A stretch of 39,645 bases of DNA from a virus. The notes beneath the pieces are model-generated. The model searched no databases. It had not been told where the DNA came from and worked only from the letters and a program-made list of their open reading frames with translations. Position 1 is the first letter of the stretch, and each line of letters begins with the position of its first letter. Location of the stretch: positions 1-39,645 of the IMG/VR virus record IMGVR_UViG_3300045988_067475. One strand, given 5' to 3'. Position numbers and translations under genes: made by a program. Of the stretch, positions 1-8,281 are shown in pieces.

Positions 1-77
1 ACAGGTAGATATACATGGACACTCTGTCGTCCGTCAGCGCGTCCATTTTGTTGCCGTACGCCTCAGAGTCTGCCCGG
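1..77. repeat. Terminal direct repeat (left copy), interpreted as an assembly overlap of a circular molecule
   Basis: Read directly: bases 1-77 equal bases 39569-39645. The portal reading frame is continuous across the join (682-46 = 636 = 212 codons). Confidence 0.95.
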
Positions 78-682
78 ATAGAATCAATGTCGTCCTTCCT
101 GACGCCGTTTTTCTCGGCCAGATTCTTTACATATTCCACCTGTTTTCGCATGGGAATAATGATATACGGCTGCTGCTGCACGTTCCGTTCGTTCGGATTG
201 CCGAAGATGATTCTTGTGTTCTCGATGATCTCCGTGACAATGCCGCCCTTTGCTTCCTGCCCCGTCTCCATATCCGGGTCAAACCACGAATAGGTTGCCC
301 CGTCTCCGTCCACGGCGGCATTGCGCATGAACTCGCGCACCTTTGTCACAATTTTGTTGCGTTCAAAGACCTCTGCAAACTGCTTGTTGATCACATCCGT
401 GACCTGTTCCAGATCTGCGAGGCCATATCTGGACGTAGAGTTCAGCGGTGTCGCCTGCATGGACAGGTTGTCGGAGCTGATCGTTGCAATCTGAAAGAGC
501 GTGACACGCTTGAGGAAATTGAAGACCGGCGTCGGCAGGCCGTTTGCCTCCACGCCCTCCCACTGCTTACCAATGAAGAAGTTTTCGTTTTCCGTGACCG
601 TGTCATATAGGCCGATCTGCGTATTAAACATTACGCCCTTGTCATACCGCTTGGAAACAAGCTCCGGTGTTGGTTTCTTCAT
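1..682 (-). CDS. Portal protein, N-terminal 227 codons; the gene continues across the contig junction into 39645..38571
   Basis: ATG at 682-680 follows AAAGGAGAGGG. My translation is MKKPTPELVSKRYDKGVMFNTQIGLYDTVTENENFFIGKQWEGV..., which runs in frame into MDALTDDRV of ORF 38571..39614. The joined product is 559 aa. The N-terminus looks SPP1 gp6-type. Confidence 0.9.
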   Translation of the reverse strand, partial: MKKPTPELVSKRYDKGVMFNTQIGLYDTVTENENFFIGKQWEGVEANGLPTPVFNFLKRVTLFQIATISSDNLSMQATPLNSTSRYGLADLEQVTDVINKQFAEVFERNKIVTKVREFMRNAAVDGDGATYSWFDPDMETGQEAKGGIVTEIIENTRIIFGNPNERNVQQQPYIIIPMRKQVEYVKNLAEKNGVRKDDIDSIRADSEAYGNKMDALTDDRVSMYIYL

Positions 683-915
683 CTATCCCTCTCCTTTGGA
701 TTCCCGTAAGAAAGAATGTTCGCAACGCCTTCGTTGAACAGTTTCATTTCCATCTCTGCTCTGCGTTCTTCCTCTGTCTTTTCTGCCGCCTCTTCCGGAA
801 CGGCCTTTTTCTCCCGCCGCTTCCAGAGCGCCGCCGCAATCAGCAGCAGTACCGAGCAATGCAAAAGGATGAACATACTCAGAATCCCGAGAAGCACACA
901 CATAAAAATTTCCAT
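679..915 (-). CDS. Small membrane protein (78 aa) with an N-terminal TM helix and a charged tail
   Basis: Track ORF. An AGTGAGG RBS lies upstream. The hydrophobic segment is CVLLGILSMFILLHCSVLLLIAAAL. Its TGA stop overlaps the portal ATG (ATGA). Confidence 0.55.
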   Translation of the reverse strand: MEIFMCVLLGILSMFILLHCSVLLLIAAALWKRREKKAVPEEAAEKTEEERRAEMEMKLFNEGVANILSYGNPKERDR

Positions 916-922
916 ACAGACC

Positions 923-2698
923 TCACTTTACATAACCCGTGAACCGTACCCGCATATCAACGCCAAGAACAGTAACGTCGTTCGCGACCGATACCGCGCC
1001 GATCAAAAGCTTGTAGTAGACGAACTTCTTTACTTTCAGCTTGACTCTCTGCATATGCGGGCTTCTGTTCGTGTTGAAAGAAAAATGTCCAAAGTCAACG
1101 GATGCAAAATTCGAGATCTGCGCCGTGACGGTTTTTTCTGCATACTCGCTCTTCCGGTCAGACCTTGCCGATACTGTGCATCGCGCGCCTGCCGCCGGTT
1201 TGAGACTCACCCAGAGTACCGAGCTGTGCTTCCTCTGGTAATCTGACCCGAAGTCCATATTGCCGCTTTCCCACGTGCACTCGATTTCCTGCCCGAAATC
1301 GTTGTGCACCAGCTCGTCAAACAGCGCAAGCTTTCCGTCTGACGTGCCGAAGTAAATGTCGTCTCCGCTTCTGCATGCACACACGACCTTGAGATTCGTA
1401 TATTTATACCAAACGTCTTCAATGTACCGGTGCACCAGCGCCGTACCGGACGCATCGTTCAGGAACACGTAGTATTCCTGCTTGCTGTCGTCATCAAAGA
1501 TAAATACCTTCTCCGGCTCTGCCCGCTGCATCGTGCTTCGTACACGTTCTGACACCATCTTTGCGTTTCTCTCGTCTCGAACCGTCGAGGAGGTCATTTT
1601 CCAGTCGTAAAGCGCGCTTGCGTACATCGAGCGCGGAAAGTTGTAGACAAGCCGCACCTGTCCCGGCGCTTCGTTTCCGATCTCCCGGTTCAGTGGGATC
1701 GTGTAAAATCCTGCCGTAACCGCCCCGTCGGCCAGCGTCACCGTCGAATACTCCGTTGCGTATACGCTTCCCGGCTTGAAGGTGAGTAACCTGTCATAGT
1801 GCTTGACCATCGCCGTAATGGGCGTATTTTCATCTCCGACCAGCATTTCATAAAGATCCGGGAAATACTCCGCCGACGCAACGCCTTTTTCTGTAATGCC
1901 GCAATACAGAGCCTTCGCCGTTCCGTCTCCGTACAAAAACACTCTTGTATCATTTGCGCCGTTGAAAAATTCCCAATACCGCATGGCCGTGACCTGAGAA
2001 CGCAGGCTGTTCGGCGCGGTATAATAAATCTCGACATTGTTGCTCCCGGCTGCCGGAGCCGTAGAAAACGTGACCGTACCGGCTGCCGCGTCCTTCTCTG
2101 CCGCTGTTTCCGTCCCTTCGACATAAACAAGGTCGATGGACGAAAGTCCGGATTCTGGGAGGACATATTTTGTGCTCTCGCCGTCCGCCGAAAAGCGCAC
2201 CCGCCGTTTTCCCGTCAGCCGGTTAATGTTTTCCAGCGTCGTTCCGCCGCCTTTGGGGGATGCCGCCGTTACCACGCACGGGATATACCCGTCCACCGTT
2301 TTCACGCTTCCCGCGCCGTCCCACGACAGATATTCGTGCCCGTTGAGCATATAGACCTTGTTGTTGAATCCGAAAAACGTTGTCGGCGCGTCCGTGATGT
2401 TTCCAAGCCTTGTCTTGCCTTCGGAAATCTTCCATACGCCGCCATCTGCTGCGCAGAGGGTAACTTCCTCCCCCGCAACGAAGCCGTGCCACAGCCCGCG
2501 TACGGCCCCCTGAAAGGTCTCCATCGCCTGCATACCCGGCCGAACCTTCAAATGGTACTGCGGCGTGACCTGCCAGTTTTCAAGTTTCGAGGCCTCGCCG
2601 ACTTTGAGCTGCGTGTCGCCGTCCTTCGATTCGTTAAGCCCCAGAAATTTTTGTATCTGTAAAACCTTCGCGACATCCGAGGTTACAATTTTCGCCAT
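923..2698 (-). CDS. Large virion structural protein (591 aa); possibly a tail-hub/beta-propeller-like protein (P22 gp10-like), function unassigned
   Basis: Track ORF with a GGGGGAAG RBS. It lies between the capsid and portal genes. It has repeated blade-like segments (DDIYFGTSDGKLALFDE, NKVYMLNGHEYLSWDG). The gp10-like call is my impression only. Confidence 0.55.
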   Translation of the reverse strand: MAKIVTSDVAKVLQIQKFLGLNESKDGDTQLKVGEASKLENWQVTPQYHLKVRPGMQAMETFQGAVRGLWHGFVAGEEVTLCAADGGVWKISEGKTRLGNITDAPTTFFGFNNKVYMLNGHEYLSWDGAGSVKTVDGYIPCVVTAASPKGGGTTLENINRLTGKRRVRFSADGESTKYVLPESGLSSIDLVYVEGTETAAEKDAAAGTVTFSTAPAAGSNNVEIYYTAPNSLRSQVTAMRYWEFFNGANDTRVFLYGDGTAKALYCGITEKGVASAEYFPDLYEMLVGDENTPITAMVKHYDRLLTFKPGSVYATEYSTVTLADGAVTAGFYTIPLNREIGNEAPGQVRLVYNFPRSMYASALYDWKMTSSTVRDERNAKMVSERVRSTMQRAEPEKVFIFDDDSKQEYYVFLNDASGTALVHRYIEDVWYKYTNLKVVCACRSGDDIYFGTSDGKLALFDELVHNDFGQEIECTWESGNMDFGSDYQRKHSSVLWVSLKPAAGARCTVSARSDRKSEYAEKTVTAQISNFASVDFGHFSFNTNRSPHMQRVKLKVKKFVYYKLLIGAVSVANDVTVLGVDMRVRFTGYVK

Positions 2699-2713
2699 AC
2701 TTCCCCCTGTTTG

Positions 2714-2738
2714 AGAAAAGGGCGGCTCGCGCCGCCCC
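2714..2738 (-). terminator. Intrinsic terminator/attenuator just downstream of the capsid gene
   Basis: On the minus strand the sequence reads GGGCGGC-gcga-GCCGCCC followed by UUUUCUC. The stem is 2720-2726/2731-2737. Confidence 0.6.
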
Positions 2739-2744
2739 TATTAC

Positions 2745-3815
2745 TCAGTTCTGACCAACCGCCACGCCAGACCAATACATGCCGGACTTCGTCGCGACAG
2801 CCTTGATGGTATCGCCCGTTGCAAGCGTCGGCTTGCTGGACGCCGAATACGTTAATGCGGTATCGCTGAAACGCGGGTCGCTGCCGTCCGTGGTGTACTT
2901 GATGACCGCGTCGGTCGTGTCCGAAGTGATCGTTGCAACATTCGTTGCAATCACGATCGCGGGCGTTGCCGCAACGGTAGACGCCGAGCAGCCGACATAA
3001 ATACCGTCCGCTCTCGTGGGCTTCACGAATGCGTCGAACATCACGCGGCCTTCCACCAGATCACCGGACAGGCCGGGCGGGTCGGAGTGGATCTTGTAGT
3101 CGTTCAGCTTCATCGGCGAGATCGCCGCATCCTTCAGGACGATCATGAAATACACATCCGACGGGAAATAGCTCTTCGGTACCTTCTTGACGGGCATACC
3201 GTCAAACTCGCCCACAACGCCATTGACAAGTGCCTTCGTGCCGATGCCCTCGAGCTTGACATACTCGTCGCAAAGCTTCAGCGCCTTATAAAGGTCGTTG
3301 CGGATATACAGCGTTCTGCCGTTCTGCGGGACGAACATATCGTCGAGCGCGCAGGTCGCATCCATGATGATACCGGCAATCGTGCTCTTCGTCGGCGCCG
3401 CCGTCAGCGCAACGTGCTGGCCTGCGTTCACTGCCCAGGTCTTGAAACGGTGCTTGTCGATGTACGGGGTCACAACTTCGCGCATCTCGCGTTTCAGGCT
3501 CGTTGCAGCCGTCTTGATGTTGAACTGCTCTTTTGCATTGCCCTTGTCGATGGTGTAGGTGAACGCCTTGTCCTGCTTCATCTGGAACTCATAGATGCTG
3601 TCTGCAAGCTCCTGCGGCGTGCCGTAACGGTTCGAGCCGGAACGGGTGTAGTCGTTGAGCGGGGACGTGTGCGCTTCATAGACCTTCACGGTCTTCACGC
3701 CGACGAACTCCATATCGAGATCCTTCGAGAAGGAACTCTGCGTCAGAGAATCCTGATAAAATCTTTCCTGTACCTTATCCGAGTACTTTTCTGCAAGGTT
3801 GATAGTTTTAGACAT
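2745..3815 (-). CDS. Major capsid protein (356 aa) with a C-terminal Ig/CHB_HEX_C-like decoration domain
   Basis: Track ORF with a GGAGGT RBS, immediately after the scaffold gene. The N-terminus MSKTINLAEKYSDKVQERFYQDS... is typical of Firmicutes-phage capsid proteins. The C-terminus has an IKYTTDGSDP motif. Confidence 0.8.
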   Translation of the reverse strand: MSKTINLAEKYSDKVQERFYQDSLTQSSFSKDLDMEFVGVKTVKVYEAHTSPLNDYTRSGSNRYGTPQELADSIYEFQMKQDKAFTYTIDKGNAKEQFNIKTAATSLKREMREVVTPYIDKHRFKTWAVNAGQHVALTAAPTKSTIAGIIMDATCALDDMFVPQNGRTLYIRNDLYKALKLCDEYVKLEGIGTKALVNGVVGEFDGMPVKKVPKSYFPSDVYFMIVLKDAAISPMKLNDYKIHSDPPGLSGDLVEGRVMFDAFVKPTRADGIYVGCSASTVAATPAIVIATNVATITSDTTDAVIKYTTDGSDPRFSDTALTYSASSKPTLATGDTIKAVATKSGMYWSGVAVGQN

Positions 3816-3828
3816 TCTTTACCTCCTG

Positions 3829-4686
3829 TCAATCATCGCTCAACAGGTATTCGAGGAACGGGTCCTTCGCCGTCTCCTTTCCTTCTGTTTTCGCGGAACC
3901 AATACTTTTCTGTTTGTTTTTCTCATTCTGTTTGAGTGCGTTGATGCTCTCCTGGAGTTTGCGGTTACTCTCGGCGAGCTGCCGGTTCTCGTACCGGCCG
4001 TAGGCAGAAACTAACGTTTCGCCGTTTCTGACATCGTCCCAGACTTCCTTCGGGATCGTGTTTGGGTCAACATCCTTGTAGAGCTTCAAAAACCGTTCGA
4101 TGTCCTGCTGCCGGGCAAGCTCCTGCCCCTGCTGCGCCTGCTGCTTTTCCGCATCCGCCTTTTCCGTTCTGGAAAGCCGCTGCTCTGCGTCCTCCCGTAA
4201 AACGCGCTCGTGTGCCGCGTCCCGGCTCAAGCCCTGCGAGACATAAGCGTTTTCCCGCACCGACTGCAAAAATGTGTTCCTGTCTGTGCCGGATTTCTGA
4301 GCTGCTGCGTCCAGTAGCCCGATAATCGCCTCGTTGTCCTGCTTGAACTTCAAAAGCTCTGCGTTTTCCTGCTGTAAGTGGTCTCTCTGCTCTAAAATGC
4401 GGTCATGGTTCAGCCCCTTTTGGGCAAGCTCCGTGACCTCCTGGCGGTTCACCTTTCGGATTTCCTTGTTGAACTTGAGATCAAACAGCTCTTCTTCCTT
4501 CTGTTCCTTTGTGGGTTCCGCTTCCGGTTGCCCCGCCGGTTCTTCTGGTTCTTCCGAAGGCTCCTGTTCTTCTTCGTTCGCTTCGGCTACTTCTTCGCTG
4601 GTTTCCTCTTCGGTCTGGTTGCCGTCGTCTTCGGAAACAATATCGCTCAGATCTACGCCGAATTCTTCATCCATAAACTCGTTCAT
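3829..4686 (-). CDS. Scaffolding protein (285 aa)
   Basis: Highly acidic N-terminus (EEETSEEVAEANEEEQEPSEEPEEP), then long charged coiled-coil-like sequence. Located directly upstream of the capsid gene. AGGAGGAAG RBS. Confidence 0.75.
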   Translation of the reverse strand: MNEFMDEEFGVDLSDIVSEDDGNQTEEETSEEVAEANEEEQEPSEEPEEPAGQPEAEPTKEQKEEELFDLKFNKEIRKVNRQEVTELAQKGLNHDRILEQRDHLQQENAELLKFKQDNEAIIGLLDAAAQKSGTDRNTFLQSVRENAYVSQGLSRDAAHERVLREDAEQRLSRTEKADAEKQQAQQGQELARQQDIERFLKLYKDVDPNTIPKEVWDDVRNGETLVSAYGRYENRQLAESNRKLQESINALKQNEKNKQKSIGSAKTEGKETAKDPFLEYLLSDD

Positions 4687-4749
4687 TTTCTTCCTCCTGT
4701 TTTTGGCTCTGGTAGGCCATATTCACGGCTCTGGTAGGCCGCTGTTTAC

Positions 4750-5157
4750 TCAAAATCCGTAATACGGGGTAATTTCCTCCCATACGGAGGGCTTCTTTGC
4801 CGCGAGCGTCGCGACAAGCTCGGAATACCGTTCGTTGAAAAAACTCGCCATCGAATCGTTTTCGCCCAAAAGAAGGTGCGCTGCCAATCCGTAGGGCATA
4901 ATCCCCTGCGCAATGACATCGTCGAGGCCAATCTCGTCCGTAAAGTCCTTGATCTCCGGGCACACTGCCCGTTTCCCGTCCTCTCCTGTCCGGAACGTGT
5001 CGGAATACGGGAAAAGCTCGTGCCGCAGAACGTTCAGAATGCTGATCGTCCGCAGCCTGTATTCCTGCGTATCTTGCGTTGCTGTCGCACCGCTTGACTC
5101 GTTCTGCTCATCCATCAAGTGGATCGCTCGGGAAAATACCCAGTCTGGCGTTGTCAT
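4750..5157 (-). CDS. Hypothetical morphogenesis protein (135 aa)
   Basis: Track ORF with a TAGGAGGA RBS, between terL and the scaffold gene. No motif recognised. Confidence 0.6.
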   Translation of the reverse strand: MTTPDWVFSRAIHLMDEQNESSGATATQDTQEYRLRTISILNVLRHELFPYSDTFRTGEDGKRAVCPEIKDFTDEIGLDDVIAQGIMPYGLAAHLLLGENDSMASFFNERYSELVATLAAKKPSVWEEITPYYGF

Positions 5158-5166
5158 AGAATCCTC

Positions 5167-6546
5167 CTAGAAATTCAGGTAGCTGCTGTCCGCTTCCCCT
5201 CCGGTCATGTAATCGCCGTAGCTTTCTTCGTGCTCTTCTTCGTCTGCAATGACCTGCTGTTCCGGCTTGAGCGTCCGAAGCTGCGCGTAATACCGCAGCG
5301 CATCCGGCGCGTGGGTTATATCGTGCGGTTCATTGGCACAGTCCGACGGGTTCTTGTCGTCGTGCTGAATCGCCATCAGATCGTCGATAATCCCCTTGCA
5401 GGTGTTGAAAACCAGAAGCCCCGGCTTTCCATCTGCCATGGGCTTTAGCAGTTCCTTAACTGCCATCCAGCCCGCCACACGGGAATTATTCGCTTTGACA
5501 ACCGGAAGTCCGCTTTCTGCGAACAGCTGTGCCATTGTCTTGCCAGTGTCCTTTAATGTCGACCACATATCCGGCGGCGCAATCGTATACTCTACTCGTT
5601 CGCCCGGCGGCGTCGACACAATCGCTGCATTCGCCGCCTGCGAAACAATCAGCCTCGATTCGTTGTACTCCCGGTACAGATACGCCCTTCCGTTATAGTC
5701 CACGGCAATCCAGAGGCACGCGAACATATCGAGGCCGTAGTCGAATGCCCGGTATTTCGTCCAGCCTGTTGGAATTGCAAACGGCTGAATGACATGCGTC
5801 TTGATTGTAAACTCCGGGAAGTACCCGCCGGACAGTGCATCCCAGTCACCAAACCGGTGTGCCCTTCTGACATCCTCCGGCAGCAGATTCAATGCGTTTA
5901 CATAATTCGGAGATCCTTTCAGCAGATCGACGTTATCATCGACCGTCGCTTTCAGAAACAGATAATCGTCCGGATTCTCTTCCGGCAGAAAATCTCTTGT
6001 GACAAAGATTCTCTTCACCCACTGGTGCCCGACGCCGCCGGGGTTACATGTCAGATACACTCGTTTCGGGAAAGGCGTTGCACCACGGCAGCATGCCGCG
6101 ATACCGCGAAATTCCTGTTCGGTGAACTGCGTCGCCTCTTCAATGAAAATCCAGTCGTATTCCTGGCCCTGATACTTGCCCGTAACCGCCGAGCCGTACC
6201 CGTCCATGTTGCCGAATTTGATGCTGGACCCATTCACAAACGTCAGAAGATGCTTTTGCACGTTGTATGTAGCAAGACCGTCCGGAATCAATTTCAGAAT
6301 CGGGTCTATGACGGAGTTTTCCAGATGTTCATATCTCCGTCTGATAACCAGAACCCGAAGCCCCGGATACTCAATGCACCCGCCGACCGGTTTTCTCTGC
6401 GTACACCACGACTTTCCGCCGCCTCTCGCGCCGCCGTAGCACGTGTATTTCACCCGGCTTTCAAAGAACCGCCTCTGCGGCTCGCTGTTCGGGCAGCCAA
6501 GATTCAGCGTGATCGCTCCGCCCTTTGCTGTTTGCTTTCTCGCCAT
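5167..6546 (-). CDS. terL: Terminase large subunit (459 aa)
   Basis: Walker A is YGGARGGGKS and Walker B is YDWIFIEEA. It has a TCNPGG coupling motif and a C-terminal RNase-H-like nuclease region (FDYGLDMFACLWIAVDYNGRAYLY). GGAGGG RBS. Confidence 0.95.
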   Translation of the reverse strand: MARKQTAKGGAITLNLGCPNSEPQRRFFESRVKYTCYGGARGGGKSWCTQRKPVGGCIEYPGLRVLVIRRRYEHLENSVIDPILKLIPDGLATYNVQKHLLTFVNGSSIKFGNMDGYGSAVTGKYQGQEYDWIFIEEATQFTEQEFRGIAACCRGATPFPKRVYLTCNPGGVGHQWVKRIFVTRDFLPEENPDDYLFLKATVDDNVDLLKGSPNYVNALNLLPEDVRRAHRFGDWDALSGGYFPEFTIKTHVIQPFAIPTGWTKYRAFDYGLDMFACLWIAVDYNGRAYLYREYNESRLIVSQAANAAIVSTPPGERVEYTIAPPDMWSTLKDTGKTMAQLFAESGLPVVKANNSRVAGWMAVKELLKPMADGKPGLLVFNTCKGIIDDLMAIQHDDKNPSDCANEPHDITHAPDALRYYAQLRTLKPEQQVIADEEEHEESYGDYMTGGEADSSYLNF

Positions 6547-7093
6547 AGCGCCCTCCGCCCGTGCTCACCTTGACGCCCGGATTGCTCCGGGACGCCAAAG
6601 TAAGGAGGATTGAAACGTTGGCTCGCCGCCAAGGTCAACACGGGATTTTTGAAAAATTTGAGATTCGATTTGTGCAAAGGGGTACGCCGTTTTTCTCCCA
6701 CCCCTCCCAATGAATGGGAAAAGGTCTAGAAGCGAATCCATGGGGGAGCTGGATATAACTATACATACAGGAGACCGCGCCCCCTGTTTTTCCGCTACCC
6801 CCTCCCATTGCCTGGGCTTTGGTGAGAAGCATACCCGGAACAGTGCCCCCGTCTGCGCGCCCTCAGAAAAAACGCGCGGGGGCTTATTGGCTCCGCAGCA
6901 GGGGCTAATAGCCAGCACGCGCACACGCACCAGCAGCGCCCCATCTCTCCGGCATTATGCCGAAAGATAGTAGACCATAATCTATTTATGTCTACTCATA
7001 AGCGAATAGTTGTGCGAACTACATAAAACTCGGAGCCCCCCATAACTATTTGCGAAAAACGAACGCAGCAAAATGGATATTTGGTGGCGTTGA
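6547..7093 (-). ncRNA. 547-nt untranslated, GC-rich, helix-dense spacer between terS and terL; candidate structured RNA and/or packaging (pac) region
   Basis: No ORF here has a credible RBS. A duplicated module lies at 6689-6718 and 6786-6816. Stable hairpins lie at 6846-6882 and 6576-6591; the latter has a GCAA tetraloop only in minus sense. A long-range pairing 7031-7040/6878-6895 competes with the 6846-6882 hairpin. Confidence 0.35.
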
Positions 7094-7468
7094 CTACTTG
7101 AAAGCCGTTTTTGAGCCTCCAAACTCGATATTTATAGTAAGCTCGCCCGAGCATTTGCCGTCGTCCGCCTTATCGATCATCTTACAGCCGTCGAAGTCCT
7201 GCTTATTGGCAAAGATGCTCTTTGACGAGTTCGGGCCGGACCAGCCCGGAGCCGTGTTGTACTGCCCGCGAATCCAGGTAGCAAACTTTTTTAGCTCGCG
7301 CGCCACGTCCATTTTATTGGCCGGCGGATTTTTGATCGCCTTTGACACGCTCTCGGCGTCCATGCCGATTGTGCCGCAGAAATGCCACCAATCGGCCTTT
7401 GGGTACTCCCCTGTCTCGACCTTATGTTTGTAATCGTTGATCGCCGCTACTGTCTGCTTGTAGCTCAA
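7094..7468 (-). CDS. terS: Putative terminase small subunit (124 aa from TTG 7468; the track ORF extends to 7501)
   Basis: It is the first gene of the late operon, upstream of terL. A GGGGAGGTGA RBS lies 7 nt before TTG 7468. The HTH-like segment PKADWWHFCGTIGMDAESVSKAI and its size fit the GP3-package type of small terminase. Confidence 0.55.
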   Translation of the reverse strand: MSYKQTVAAINDYKHKVETGEYPKADWWHFCGTIGMDAESVSKAIKNPPANKMDVARELKKFATWIRGQYNTAPGWSGPNSSKSIFANKQDFDGCKMIDKADDGKCSGELTINIEFGGSKTAFK

Positions 7469-7542
7469 TGGATCGTCACCTCCCCGAACATTTCGCAGCA
7501 AAAGCCAGTCTTAAAAAATCTTCGATGCGTGGAGATTCAAAC

Positions 7543-7574
7543 GGGAAATTCGGAAACGAAGTTTCCGATTTCCC
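7543..7574 (-). promoter_or_regulatory. Long hairpin (14 bp, one bulge, GAA loop) in the leader upstream of terS
   Basis: GGGAAATTCGGAAAC (7543-7557) pairs with GTTTCCGATTTCCC (7561-7574). In minus sense it is followed by GUUUGAAUC. Confidence 0.4.
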
Positions 7575-7906
7575 TTATTGAATCTCCCCAGATGTATATA
7601 TATCACAGATTTTTTGACCACCAATAAAAAGCCGTTTATTGCTTCTTAAAAATATTGATTTTTTCGGGCAAAAAAGCGTTGGAAATGCAGGAAAAACCGT
7701 GATTTGAAAAAATTTTATAAAATAGTGGGCGTAGGGTCTTGACAAAAATAATCAGAATTTTCCAGCTGTGAAATCAGGCTGCGCACGGGCGTAATCGAGC
7801 CGCCGCATCTGGCCTTGTCCGTTATGCAGCATTTTGAGCACACTATAATACAATCCGCACAAATACATTGCAAAAAATGCCCTCGAAAAAAATTTTTGAA
7901 AAAGGC

Positions 7907-7935
7907 TTGACATATACGGTTTGCCCGTATATAAT
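7907..7935 (+). promoter_or_regulatory. Consensus sigma-70-type promoter for the plus-strand accessory island
   Basis: TTGACA (7907-7912), a 17-nt spacer, then TATAAT (7930-7935). It sits about 57 nt upstream of ATG 7992. Confidence 0.7.
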
Positions 7936-7991
7936 AAGGCCATACAGCAAAACAAAAAACAAACCCCAACACGGGGCAGGAGGAAACGAAA

Positions 7992-8261
7992 ATGAAGGTT
8001 ACTATTTACGAGAACTACGGAATGCTTGCAGCTGAAAAGCGCTGCATCTACACCACGGCCGAAACCGACGCCACCGTCTCCGAGCCGCTTGACGTCATCA
8101 TCCCCGAGAAATTCGCCCCGGCGAAAAACGCTGCTGACGAGATCGTCGTCACGCTGAACGGTTACAATTATCGCTTGCAGGATGTCCTGTGCGGCGACGA
8201 ACAGCCCTGCATCATGGTCCCGGGGTACACCACCAGATACGAGCGGCTTGCTCGTGCCTAA
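7992..8261 (+). CDS. Hypothetical small acidic protein (89 aa)
   Basis: Track ORF with an AGGAGGAA RBS. It is the first gene behind the consensus promoter. Confidence 0.65.
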   Translation: MKVTIYENYGMLAAEKRCIYTTAETDATVSEPLDVIIPEKFAPAKNAADEIVVTLNGYNYRLQDVLCGDEQPCIMVPGYTTRYERLARA

Positions 8262-8281
8262 GTCAAAGCGAGGGAATCCAA

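Noticed and set aside
1799-2662. Long plus-strand ORFs antisense to the structural genes (for example 1799..2662, 3087..3935, 5794..6573, 32844..33797, 35723..36604)
   Set aside because: They lie entirely inside well-supported minus-strand genes and have no RBS. Their Arg/Pro/Cys-rich composition is typical of shadow ORFs in GC-rich DNA.
6786-6830. Twister-ribozyme-like string (AAAGCCCAGGCAAUGGGAGGGGGUAGCGG compared with the rice twister ...CCCAAGCCCGGAUAAAAGUGGAGGGGGCGG)
   Set aside because: The helix arrangement does not fit. In twister the CCCAAGC element is the P4 loop, whereas here CCCA/UGGG themselves form the stem. I also could not place the P1/P2 stems or the UAA cleavage site. No CUGAUGA hammerhead core was seen either.
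6565-6930. A 121-aa minus-strand ORF (GTG start) inside the terS-terL spacer, plus a Cys-rich 49-codon ORF from ATG 6944
   Set aside because: Neither has a usable RBS. The Arg/Pro/Gly/Ser-rich sequence has no recognisable fold, and both ORFs coincide with strong RNA helices and the duplicated module. I treat the region as non-coding, while allowing that it could be a decayed gene.
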